From Clostridiales bacterium (GTDB taxonomy: Bacteria > Bacillota > Clostridia > Saccharofermentanales > Saccharofermentanaceae), in contig JAFWDK010000008.1 in NCBI GenBank assembly GCA_017513085.1, positions 1 through 64,000 of the forward strand: 64,000 nt of DNA, in the 5' to 3' direction. Shown piece by piece: positions 41,701 to 50,787 of the stretch. Position numbers and translations under genes: made by a program. Each line of letters starts with the position of its first letter. Position 1 is the first letter of the stretch. The notes beneath the pieces were generated by a model. It was not told the DNA's origin. It did not search any database and saw only the letters and a program-made list of their open reading frames with translations.

Positions 41701-42180
41701 TCAATCCGCAACGATATCCGCAAACTGTCCGGATACCGCTTTGCAAAGATCATCCGGCTTGAGATGGATCTGCGTTCCCAGCATTCCTCCGCTTACGATA
41801 ATGGTATCAAAAAGTTGCGCCGTTTCATGAATAATTGTCGGATACTTTTTCTTCATTCCGATAGAAGTCACGCCGCCACGGATATACCCCGTTACAGCCT
41901 GAATATCCTTGACATGCAGCATCTCCAGAGACTTCTCCCCGACGACTCTGGCCGCTTTCTTCATATCCACCTCTTCTGCGATTGGAAGAACAAAAACAAA
42001 ATAGTTCTTCGACTTGCCCTGCATGACTAAAGTCTTGAAAGAGGATTCATACGGCTGTCCCAGCATATCCGCGATATGTACGCCATCAATAAACTCGTCA
42101 CACTCGTAATACACCGCTTCGTAAGGTATCTTCTCCTTATCGAGGATTCTCATCGCATTTGTCTTATTTTCTTTTTTCAC
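41701..42180 (-). CDS. ybaK: Cys-tRNA(Pro) deacylase YbaK/EbsC
   Basis: KTNAMRILD, FKTLV, TGYIRGGVTSIG, VSGG. Confidence 0.93.
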   Translation of the reverse strand: MKKENKTNAMRILDKEKIPYEAVYYECDEFIDGVHIADMLGQPYESSFKTLVMQGKSKNYFVFVLPIAEEVDMKKAARVVGEKSLEMLHVKDIQAVTGYIRGGVTSIGMKKKYPTIIHETAQLFDTIIVSGGMLGTQIHLKPDDLCKAVSGQFADIVAD

Positions 42181-42204
42181 GTCAGTACCACCTTTTCAAA
42201 ACAA

Positions 42205-43569
42205 TCAGCCGAAGCAATGCTTCTGCAGATACTCACTTATATTCGCGGAAAGAGGCTGTGTCGGCACAGATCCCAACGTCTGAACATTGGACAGGACAAT
42301 GATGATGTCCTCCGTCTCCCGGTTTACGAACACATTCGTGTTATATCCCAGCGTCATGCCGGAATGCTCAATACACGGTCCAATCACATAAAAACCGTAT
42401 CCGTATCCAAAAGCACCGCCGTCGAAGATCTTGTCCCAGCTTTCTTTCTTAAGCAGTTTTCCATCCAGAACAGCATATTCCCACTTCAGAAGGCCTTCCG
42501 CCGTTCCCGTCATCACGCCGACAGCATAGCTGATGCTTGGATCCTGTGAAGGAAAATCAAAATTCCAGAACAAAAGCGATGTTCTTCCCTTAGAAGTCAG
42601 ATGATCGATATCCGGATAAAGCTCCGTCAGATCAAGCGGTTCAAGGATGTTCTTTCTGATGTACTCATCATACTTCATACCGGTCAATCTCTCGATAATA
42701 ATACCGAGGAAATAGTAATTTGTATTGCAATACTTAAACTGCGTACCGGGAGTAAACTCCAGATCAAAATACGACATCTGCTCGATCAGCCAATCACCGG
42801 TGATCGGTTTGGTTACCACCGCACGGACCGTCTGTTCCAGAGCATCCAGCTTCGTAAAATCGATCTGGGAAAAATCCGTCATGGAAAAGCCCAGCGTCCC
42901 GGTCTCCAGATAATCCGAAATGCCGGAAGTCATATTCAAAAGCTGATGTATCGTGATCTCCTTGGCATGTGAATATTCCGGAATATACTTATCAAGCGTA
43001 TCCTCCGGCGAGATCAATCCCTGCTCCACGAGCTGCATGATTGCAACAGCCGTAAACTGTTTCGTGATAGAGCCCATCTCAAAAACCGTATCCATCTTAT
43101 TCGGGATCCCCTGCTCGCGATCCGCCAATCCGGACTCTTTCGTCCATACTACTTCCCGGTTCTGCGAAACGAGCGCTACGCCGTCAAACGTGATCCCGTT
43201 GAAATACTTTTCTGCCGTTCCTTTGTCAAAAGCACTGTCAGTATTCCCCGGTGCTGTGGTAGTTTCCGTGGTGGTTTCTTCGGATGTCAGCTCCGTGGTC
43301 TCCGATGTGCTTTCTTCCGTGGTGGTCTCTTCCGAAGTCGTCTCCTCGGTCGTTTCCTCCGTCGTATTCTCGGTGGTAGTCGCCTCTGTCGTTTCTGAAG
43401 TGGAAGTCTCTTCAGATGAAGATTCTTCAGTCGTAACCGATGTCTCTTCCGAAGTTTCACGTTCAGTCGTACGGCGCGTGGAACGCGTCTCTTCCTCATT
43501 CTTACTGCAAGATGCCATCAGAATGCTGAGAGAAAGGATTCCCGCCAGGATCTTCACTGATTTTTTCAT
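42205..43569 (-). CDS. Lipoprotein serine hydrolase (beta-lactamase class C / PBP fold) with Thr/Glu linker
   Basis: Lipobox LMASC; SITK (SxxK); YCN (YxN); HSG. Confidence 0.9.
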   Translation of the reverse strand: MKKSVKILAGILSLSILMASCSKNEEETRSTRRTTERETSEETSVTTEESSSEETSTSETTEATTTENTTEETTEETTSEETTTEESTSETTELTSEETTTETTTAPGNTDSAFDKGTAEKYFNGITFDGVALVSQNREVVWTKESGLADREQGIPNKMDTVFEMGSITKQFTAVAIMQLVEQGLISPEDTLDKYIPEYSHAKEITIHQLLNMTSGISDYLETGTLGFSMTDFSQIDFTKLDALEQTVRAVVTKPITGDWLIEQMSYFDLEFTPGTQFKYCNTNYYFLGIIIERLTGMKYDEYIRKNILEPLDLTELYPDIDHLTSKGRTSLLFWNFDFPSQDPSISYAVGVMTGTAEGLLKWEYAVLDGKLLKKESWDKIFDGGAFGYGYGFYVIGPCIEHSGMTLGYNTNVFVNRETEDIIIVLSNVQTLGSVPTQPLSANISEYLQKHCFG

Positions 43570-43631
43570 GCTTTACTCCTCTATGCAAAAGGACCTCTTT
43601 ACGAGGTCCGTAATCGATATCAAGTCTTTTC

Positions 43632-44069
43632 TTACGCTTCAACTTCTTCGATCTTTTTATAGAAACGGTTCTTTTTAAGCGCCTTATAGTCACTCTTTTT
43701 CATTCCGCTTTGAATCGTAATACTCTCACCGGAATTCTTATCCTCAAGGATAAGATCATATGTCTTGGTCGCTGCGTGATGAACTCCACGAGGAACCAGA
43801 TTTGTAGTAACAGGAGTCGAATCTTTAATGATACGCTTCGCTTCTTTCTTAGCGTCCTTGATGCACTTATCACCGTTGAAGCAAACCGGACAGAAATGGT
43901 AATAGTCCGCGCCCAGCGGGATCAACGGAATAAAGTCAAGATGTCCCCACTTATTAAACTTTACATATGTCTCCTGGTAAGCCTTGTGGCAGAAAGAACA
44001 CTCTTTCACCTCACCTTTAGGTCCATATACTTTTTTAAATGATCTTACACCATAATAAACTACGCCCAT
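43632..44069 (-). CDS. Small Zn-ribbon hypothetical protein
   Basis: CSFC..FIPLIPLG..CPVC; GGAGG RBS. Confidence 0.7.
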   Translation of the reverse strand: MGVVYYGVRSFKKVYGPKGEVKECSFCHKAYQETYVKFNKWGHLDFIPLIPLGADYYHFCPVCFNGDKCIKDAKKEAKRIIKDSTPVTTNLVPRGVHHAATKTYDLILEDKNSGESITIQSGMKKSDYKALKKNRFYKKIEEVEA

Positions 44070-44198
44070 CTTTGTACGCCTCCTGTGCTTTTCTAAGCTT
44101 CACTCTAAACGTGTTTATTCTCGCATAGATATAAGAAAAAAACAATGTAATCATATTCACAAATCTTTCCTTATCAAACAGGCTACATTAAGAAAGAA

Positions 44199-44207
44199 TG
44201 TTATAAT
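44199..44207 (+). promoter_or_regulatory. Extended -10 promoter of the kinase-nuclease/HPRT-like operon
   Basis: TG-T-TATAAT followed by an AAAGGAGG RBS. Confidence 0.6.
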
Positions 44208-44236
44208 AGAAGAAGAAATCAAAGGAGGTCTGATGC

Positions 44237-45199
44237 ATGCCGATCATTACCATTTCCCGTCAGATGGGCAGCCTCGGCGACGAAGTCGCACAAGCTCTTT
44301 CCAGTAAGCTTGGCTGGGAATTGATCACAAGAGACCTTCTTATGGAGCGGTTCTTTCCGGACAGCAATCCGGAGCAAAGGCAAAGTCTTGCAGAGAGCGC
44401 GAAATTCTATTTATCCGAATACAAAGACGGTAAGACTTTCCGAGAAGTACTGGAGTCCTCTCTTCTTGATCTGGCGCAGCATCAATCTGCAGTACTGCTC
44501 GGATTCGGTTCCCAGATCTTCTTTTCAGACTATGACAGCGCCATCAACGTCCGCATCGTCGCGCCGAATGACGTCCGTCTCAGCAGGATACAAAGACAGT
44601 TTCACATGACCGAACAAGCCGCGCAAGCGCTTTTGGAATCAACGGACAGAAAACACAAGCGTTTTGTCTCGCACGTATTCTCTGCTGATTCTTCCGATGT
44701 GTCACTTTATCACCTTGTCCTGAATACTGCCTATCTTTCCGTAGACGAATGTGTGGCAGCGATCCTTGCTACCCACAACGAGCATGCGCTCCGTGTCCGT
44801 ATCAAGGATGAAACCAAAAGAGAGGGCGCGTACGATCACCAGAAAGATCTTCCTGTTTTTAAGAATCCTTCTGAAGCCGAATTTGCGCGCATTCTCGACA
44901 TGTACCATATTGACTGGAAATATGAACCGAAGACCTTCCCGGTAGAGTGGGACAGCGAAGGCAATGTAACCCTGGCGTTCAGTCCGGATTTCTATCTGAC
45001 AAGATTTGACACCTATCTGGAACTGACCACCATGGATCAGAAATATGTTACGAAGAAAAACAAAAAGCTGAAGAAAGTCCGCGAACTCTATCCCGGCACA
45101 CACATTAAGATCGTTTACAAGAAAGATTTTCTGGAATTGGTGGAACGTCTGAAGAGTTTTGACGCACCGCCTGCCGCATCCGACGATAACGAAAAGTAA
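44237..45199 (+). CDS. Cytidylate-kinase-like (Cytidylate_kin2) domain fused to a C-terminal PD-(D/E)XK-like domain
   Basis: ITISRQMGSLG, YHLVLNT; then SEAEFARILD..YEPKTF..PDFYL..YLELTT. Confidence 0.8.
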   Translation: MPIITISRQMGSLGDEVAQALSSKLGWELITRDLLMERFFPDSNPEQRQSLAESAKFYLSEYKDGKTFREVLESSLLDLAQHQSAVLLGFGSQIFFSDYDSAINVRIVAPNDVRLSRIQRQFHMTEQAAQALLESTDRKHKRFVSHVFSADSSDVSLYHLVLNTAYLSVDECVAAILATHNEHALRVRIKDETKREGAYDHQKDLPVFKNPSEAEFARILDMYHIDWKYEPKTFPVEWDSEGNVTLAFSPDFYLTRFDTYLELTTMDQKYVTKKNKKLKKVRELYPGTHIKIVYKKDFLELVERLKSFDAPPAASDDNEK

Positions 45200-45211
45200 G
45201 AGAGGACTACT

Positions 45212-45742
45212 ATGGAGCAGATCACATATAAGAAGATCCTTTATACCCAGGAACAGCTCGCCAGGCGTATCGCCGAACTGGGCAAGACCATCACTTCCGA
45301 TTATCAGGGTGAAGAACTCGTTCTTCTCGGTGTACTGAAAGGTTCTCTCTACTTCTTCACGGACCTGACCCGCGCGATCGATCTTCCTATCGAACTGGAC
45401 ATGCTGGCTGTCGGTAATATCCCTGATACGACCAGCACGACCGGAATCGTACGGATCACCAAAGATGTCGATATCAACATTACCGGCAAACATGTCATTG
45501 TAGTGGAGGACATCATCCGTACCGGGCTGACTACCGCTTACCTGCTCCAGACGCTGGAAGCCAGAAGACCGGCGTCTTTGGAAGTCTGCACATTGCTTTA
45601 TAATCCGGATAGACAACTCATTGATCTTCCTGTCAAATATTTCGGCTTCGAGATCGACCGGAGCTGGTTGATCGGATACGGCATGGATGCTTCGGAAAAA
45701 GGAAGGAATCTCCCCTTCATTGCCGAACTGGAACACAAATAA
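45212..45742 (+). CDS. Hypoxanthine phosphoribosyltransferase-like protein with divergent active site
   Basis: GVLKGS, VIVVEDIIRTGLT, IGYGMD, RNLPFI. Confidence 0.85.
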   Translation: MEQITYKKILYTQEQLARRIAELGKTITSDYQGEELVLLGVLKGSLYFFTDLTRAIDLPIELDMLAVGNIPDTTSTTGIVRITKDVDINITGKHVIVVEDIIRTGLTTAYLLQTLEARRPASLEVCTLLYNPDRQLIDLPVKYFGFEIDRSWLIGYGMDASEKGRNLPFIAELEHK

Positions 45743-45760
45743 ATCTATTTCCCTAATAGC

Positions 45761-45791
45761 AAAAGGTGGTCTCATAATGAAACCACCTTTT
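45761..45791. terminator. Bidirectional terminator shared by the HPRT-like operon and the large ncRNA
   Basis: AAAAGGTGGTCTCAT-A-ATGAAACCACCTTTT. Confidence 0.85.
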
Positions 45792-45816
45792 ATATAAAGC
45801 CTGAGGACAAATTAAA

Positions 45817-46407
45817 AGCTCCAGCGAACCAATCTCACTTCCAATTCCTACGGCCACCCTTTATTATCTGCGAACCTTCAAGATCCTGCTCAACCTGTCT
45901 TCGCGGAATTACTCACCACATGAAGCTGTGCCTTTCCAACCGACCCGAACCCGAAATGTTGTCGTCTCCGAAACCACCCTTTCCATTACCTCTGCTGCAT
46001 CTGCCTGAACTGATTGCCCCATGCTACCAATCCGGTCTCCGATCCAGTTTTTGCAACTTACTCAGTTATGGTCCGTCTCCTACCATCTCTTCGTAATCTC
46101 GACTCCCCGCTTGCTGATTCCCATCATCATCGGTTCATCTAAATCAAGGTTCCAACCTGACCCGCGACTTGTGTCCGCCCTCGCGTACCGTCAATCGCTG
46201 TCCGCTCTCCACTGCTTGCTACTATGGCTCAAACGGTTCCGGTTTTTGCTGTTCCTATTCGATCTCACCGGATCGCCTTCAAAAACGCATCCACCATCGT
46301 TTCCTGACCACTCTCTGGTCTTTCTGTTTTTTTCAACCTCGCCTTGTGTATTCATCAGTGGCGGTTCTCCGTTTGGGAAATGGTGTTAACTCGTATTCCC
46401 TGGAGCT
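45817..46407 (-). ncRNA. Large (~591 nt) structured non-coding RNA candidate (ROOL-sized; family unconfirmed)
   Basis: Own promoter with predicted +1 at 46407; 5' AGCUCCAG pairs with 3' CUGGAGCU followed by UUU; many nested hairpins; purine-rich; no same-strand ORF of 60 aa or more. Confidence 0.78.
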
Positions 46408-46413
46408 AATTTA

Positions 46414-46441
46414 AGTATAGCACGCAATAAACGTATGTCAA
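46414..46441 (-). promoter_or_regulatory. Sigma-A promoter driving the ncRNA
   Basis: TTGACA-16nt-TATACT with extended TGn. Confidence 0.82.
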
Positions 46442-46742
46442 CACCTTCCACCGCGAAATGCGCAAACTTTTTTATTTCGTTGTGCAACATGCACAAAACG
46501 ATACGTGCTGTTTTTGAAAAGCACCCTTGCATCTTTCAAACTGCGCTACCATCACGGTTTGCGGCTTTCCCTCCATCTTATCTTACCGGTTCACAGCAAG
46601 TGCTTCTGTATCCGTACTACAAAAAAAGTGCGACGATTGTTTACTTTTCGGTCATAATTCCCCACTGTTTCTAACAATACTGTCACTTGGTTTTTCTCAA
46701 AAATCCGTTATAATTGTTTTAGTTTAGCATTGGGAGTGTTGT

Positions 46743-47309
46743 ATGAAAGTCAAGCTTTTAAAACTCAATCGTGGTCTGATCCTTCTGATCATCGCAATCA
46801 TCGGCGTGCTGATCTACTTAACTGCCGAGACAATTGATGCCAACAAGAAAAAACAAGAAGTTCGCACTCTTGCTTCTGAGATCATCACGAAAACACAGGA
46901 GTGTATCGTAATCGTTAGCGACATTGACGACGTCATGAATTCACGCACTTTTATCTATCACAATAATTCTGACTTTAATGAAAACAAAGAGAATAATTAT
47001 TCCAATATTGACATACTGAAACCCTATCTTTACCAGGACGATCGTTTGTACCAGGAAATTTCAGAACTTGGCAATGATCTTTCTACAAGCGCATTTGTAA
47101 ATGATAATGTGATCATTAAGAGTCTGGTTTCCAGAATTCCCTACGAAACCAGCGTCATGTATTACAACAACACTGCCAAAGTTACGATACGCGTGAATAA
47201 TGAATATATATCCGCTGATAATACCCAGAATAGTATGACGTCTACCGACGAGCTCGGCTTTGAGTATATAGACGACAGATGGCAACTGGTCAGTTATGAG
47301 ATTTATTGA
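46743..47309 (+). CDS. Membrane-anchored hypothetical protein, first gene of an ABC-2 operon
   Basis: N-terminal TM, AT-rich; GGGAG RBS and upstream TATAAT. Confidence 0.75.
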   Translation: MKVKLLKLNRGLILLIIAIIGVLIYLTAETIDANKKKQEVRTLASEIITKTQECIVIVSDIDDVMNSRTFIYHNNSDFNENKENNYSNIDILKPYLYQDDRLYQEISELGNDLSTSAFVNDNVIIKSLVSRIPYETSVMYYNNTAKVTIRVNNEYISADNTQNSMTSTDELGFEYIDDRWQLVSYEIY

Positions 47310-47349
47310 TTCCGATCCAATATTGTCCTAACCTTTCAGGAGAGAATAC

Positions 47350-48282
47350 ATGAGTGATAATCCAGCATTAAGCATACAGAATCTTACTAAGACATTCGGA
47401 AAGAAAGTGGCTGTCGACAATGTTTCTTTCGATGTTTATCCCGGCGAAGTTTTCGGTTTTTTGGGACCGAACGGCGCCGGAAAAACCACGATCATCAAGA
47501 GCGTCATGGGCTTTATCCAACCGGATAAAGGAACGATCGTTATAAATGGTCATAATGCAAAAAAAGAATATGAAAAAGCCATGTCTTCCATCGGTGGCAT
47601 TGTGGAGAATCCGGAAATGTATTCGAATCTCTCTGCATACCTGAATCTCAAGATGTACGCCAAACTTCACGATAACATTTCAAAAGAACGTATCGACGAA
47701 GTCCTGGAACTGGTTGGTCTGAAAGAGCGTGCAAAAGAACCTGTCAAGAAATACTCTCTCGGCATGAAACAGCGAATCGGTCTCGCACAGGCCTTGCTTC
47801 ACAAACCAAGGATGCTTATCCTGGACGAACCTACCAACGGACTCGATCCGGCAGGCATCCATCAGCTTCGTGATATTTTGAAGAAATATGCTCACGAAGA
47901 TGGAGCCGCGGTCATGGTTTCCAGTCATCTTCTTTCTGAGATGCAGATGATGTGCGACCGTATCGGTATCATCAATCATGGAAAACTGATCCGGATCTGT
48001 TCTATCGAAGAGTTAACAGATCAGAGCACCTCGTCTTCCAAATATCGCATCAAGACTTCTGATCCGAAAAAAGCTTCCGTATTTCTATCCGAAACCTACA
48101 GCTACAAAGTCAGCAATCTTACGGAAAGCTGTTTTGATATCGAAGTGGACGAATCCGAAATCAACGAATGTGTCCGCAAAATGGTGGAATCCGGTTCGGA
48201 CATTTTAGGCGTGCAGAAAGTGGAGACCTCACTTGAAGACGCTTTCTTACAGATCACAGGAGGAGGAATTGAAATTGAATAA
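47350..48282 (+). CDS. ABC-2 type ATP-binding protein (BcrA/YhcH-like)
   Basis: GPNGAGKTT, YSLGMKQR, LDEPTNGLDP, SSHLL. Confidence 0.95.
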   Translation: MSDNPALSIQNLTKTFGKKVAVDNVSFDVYPGEVFGFLGPNGAGKTTIIKSVMGFIQPDKGTIVINGHNAKKEYEKAMSSIGGIVENPEMYSNLSAYLNLKMYAKLHDNISKERIDEVLELVGLKERAKEPVKKYSLGMKQRIGLAQALLHKPRMLILDEPTNGLDPAGIHQLRDILKKYAHEDGAAVMVSSHLLSEMQMMCDRIGIINHGKLIRICSIEELTDQSTSSSKYRIKTSDPKKASVFLSETYSYKVSNLTESCFDIEVDESEINECVRKMVESGSDILGVQKVETSLEDAFLQITGGGIEIE

Positions 48283-49849
48283 GATTGCTGCTCTTTATTC
48301 CAACGAAATGATCAAGATCTTCCACAGAGTTTCCGTGTGGATCGTAATGGTAATCATGCTTTCTATCGCGATACTGGCTCCGATCGCATTTAAAGTTTCG
48401 GTCGGAGATTATAACGATCAGTATGACGACTTTGAATCCTATTTATCCAAAGAAGAATTTACCAGAAGAAGAGATTCATTGGCACAGATTCTGAAAGATA
48501 CCAACGAGTTCGTCAAGCATTCCAATGTTCAGTACACTACCCAAAATGAAACACACGAAGTATTCTCGACATGGCTGGAATGTGACGAGGATAAGGCTAC
48601 AGACTACAGTTCCTATATATGTTATAACAACCTCATCAGCACCTATAACTTTGAATCCAACAGATTCAATACAAGCTGGTTGACGATAAACGCCTTACAG
48701 TCTTATGTGCTGGCTCACCATGATATCTGCTATTTGAATCTGACTCCTTTTTCCGAGCGTGATGAAGAATGGTATAAGATGTATACATTATACAGTCAGG
48801 CATTTGATCTGTACTCCGAAGCGCTTTTCTCAAATAACCTGAACGCTTATTATTCCGGCGAAGTTTTAATGGATACGGTCGGCAGATCCCGTTTCGAAAT
48901 CTCTTCACTGCAAAGACTGATGGAGATCGACCCGGATGCTTCTTTCCCCCCGGATCAAGCAAACTGTTTGCTTGATCTTCTTAACGAGATCGACAAATGT
49001 GAACAGGACCTCCATAGCAACCTGGCCAGAAGCCAAAGCACTCTTCCGCGAGTTTTGACGCAAACGGAAAAAAGTCGACTGCGTGACAGGCTTTCTATCC
49101 TAAACTACCATTTCGATCATGGGAATTATTTCACAGAAGAAGTCACCATCGCTCACCAGATCAACAATCTGGCGATAACATTCGGTCGCTTTGCTCTGAT
49201 CGTACTCCTGGTCCTCATTGCAGGCACCAGCGTTTCCCAGGAATTAGCCACCGGCTCGATCAAATCCTTGATCATTGCCCCCGTACGCAGATGGAAGATC
49301 TTCCTGGCTAAACTTCTCTCTATCATCTCCTGGTGTATTGTAGGTTCGATCCTTCTGGTAGGTGCTTCGACTTTGACAACGATGTTCCTTTACAGGAATA
49401 TCTCTCTGCCGGAATACATTTATGTTTCCGGCGGAATGATCCATCGCATTCCCTATCTTATCTATATGATCATGTCATTCTTCGTAAGCAGCCTTTCCCT
49501 CTTTGTCTATCTTATCCTTGCATTCATGATTTCTTGCATTTCCAAGAATACCGGTGTTTCCGTTGCCGTATCGAGTGCACTGATCCTTTGCTCGAATCTT
49601 CCATCCATCCTGATCGAGCTGGGCGGTCGTAAGAGATGGATCGACTTCCTGCCCTCCATAAACATGGATATCAAAAATCTCGTCTTCCCCTTCTCGAATT
49701 TGATGAACGGATTGAATAACAACGATTTTTTCATTACAGAAAATACGATAAACAATTCGCTCTCGTTCTCTCTGATCTATGTGGCGGTGCTGCTCCTCAT
49801 TATGCTCACTATCGCATACGATGCATTCACCAAGAGGGACATCCAGTAA
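48275..49849 (+). CDS. ABC-2 permease with large extracellular domain
   Basis: TTG start after GGAGG; NEMIKI, VSQELATGSIKSLIIAPVRRWKIFLAK, FTKRDI. Confidence 0.88.
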   Translation: MNKIAALYSNEMIKIFHRVSVWIVMVIMLSIAILAPIAFKVSVGDYNDQYDDFESYLSKEEFTRRRDSLAQILKDTNEFVKHSNVQYTTQNETHEVFSTWLECDEDKATDYSSYICYNNLISTYNFESNRFNTSWLTINALQSYVLAHHDICYLNLTPFSERDEEWYKMYTLYSQAFDLYSEALFSNNLNAYYSGEVLMDTVGRSRFEISSLQRLMEIDPDASFPPDQANCLLDLLNEIDKCEQDLHSNLARSQSTLPRVLTQTEKSRLRDRLSILNYHFDHGNYFTEEVTIAHQINNLAITFGRFALIVLLVLIAGTSVSQELATGSIKSLIIAPVRRWKIFLAKLLSIISWCIVGSILLVGASTLTTMFLYRNISLPEYIYVSGGMIHRIPYLIYMIMSFFVSSLSLFVYLILAFMISCISKNTGVSVAVSSALILCSNLPSILIELGGRKRWIDFLPSINMDIKNLVFPFSNLMNGLNNNDFFITENTINNSLSFSLIYVAVLLLIMLTIAYDAFTKRDIQ

Positions 49850-49860
49850 ACCTGAACTGA

Positions 49861-50787
49861 CTATTCTTTCGGACAGGGTCGGAAATTCCGGCCCTGTTCG
49901 ATTTTCCGCAAATGAAACTCCTGCGTGATACGATTTCTGACCATTCTCTTATTCGCCACCCATAATGGCGCGATCAGATGCTTCTTGTCTCCGTCCCCGG
50001 TCATCCGGTAAATAACGATGTCTTCACGAATGTTCTCGACCACGGTACATAAGAAATCGATATACTCATCCATGTCCATCAACGGGAATGGCTTCTGTTC
50101 AAAAAGCACTGCCAGTTCCGTATCGCGCAGAACATTCAGATTCGCGATCTTAATGCCCTGAATCGGAAGATTCGAGCAATACCGTATCGTCTCCAGCATC
50201 ATATCTTTCGTCTCGACCGGAAAATCCAGTATTACATGTACGATCGTTTCCAGATGACCGGATAACTTAGAAAGGCGCTCCACCGCTTGTTCAAACGCGG
50301 AAAGATCATATCCGCGATGAAACCATACTGCGGTCTCTTCATGGATCGTCTGAAGTCCCAGCTCGATCCAGACATACGTCTTCTGCGCCAGATCTTCCAG
50401 GATCCTGTACATCTTCTCGCTGATACTGTCCGGTCTGGTCGCGATCGACAGGCCCACTACTTCAGGATCCGAGAGCGCCGCCTCAAATTTTTCTTTCAGC
50501 GTCTCCTCATCCCCGTAAGTATTTGTGAAATTCTGAAAATACGCGATATATTTGTGGCTCTTGCACTTCTGTTCCACTCTCGTTTTCGCAAGGGCAAGCT
50601 GGGCCGGAACATCTAACGTCCGGTCCGCTGCGAACTCACCGGAACCGCTGCCGCTGCAGAATATACAGCCGCCCCTCCCCTTCGTACCGTCCCGGTTCGG
50701 GCAGGTGCAACCCGCATCCAGCGCGATCCGGTAAACTTTCTCTCCGAAGATCTCCTTATAGTGTTCGCTGGCACTGCGATAACTCAT
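49861..50787 (-). CDS. TIGR01212/YhcC-family radical SAM protein
   Basis: CPNRDGTKGRGGCIFC, YFQNFTNTY, TRPD, ELGLQT. Confidence 0.92.
   Translation of the reverse strand: MSYRSASEHYKEIFGEKVYRIALDAGCTCPNRDGTKGRGGCIFCSGSGSGEFAADRTLDVPAQLALAKTRVEQKCKSHKYIAYFQNFTNTYGDEETLKEKFEAALSDPEVVGLSIATRPDSISEKMYRILEDLAQKTYVWIELGLQTIHEETAVWFHRGYDLSAFEQAVERLSKLSGHLETIVHVILDFPVETKDMMLETIRYCSNLPIQGIKIANLNVLRDTELAVLFEQKPFPLMDMDEYIDFLCTVVENIREDIVIYRMTGDGDKKHLIAPLWVANKRMVRNRITQEFHLRKIEQGRNFRPCPKE

Noticed and set aside
45817-46407. tmRNA, RNase P, 6S, OLE or group II intron identity for the RNA
   Set aside because: No tRNA-like ends or CCA, no GAGGAAAGUCC, too long for 6S, no ispA/oapA context, no GUGCG start or recognisable domain V
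46021-46414. + strand ORFs of 122 aa and 81 aa within the ncRNA candidate
   Set aside because: No RBS; Leu/Ser/Pro/Phe composition expected from a pyrimidine-rich antisense strand; promoter and helix evidence favour a minus-strand RNA
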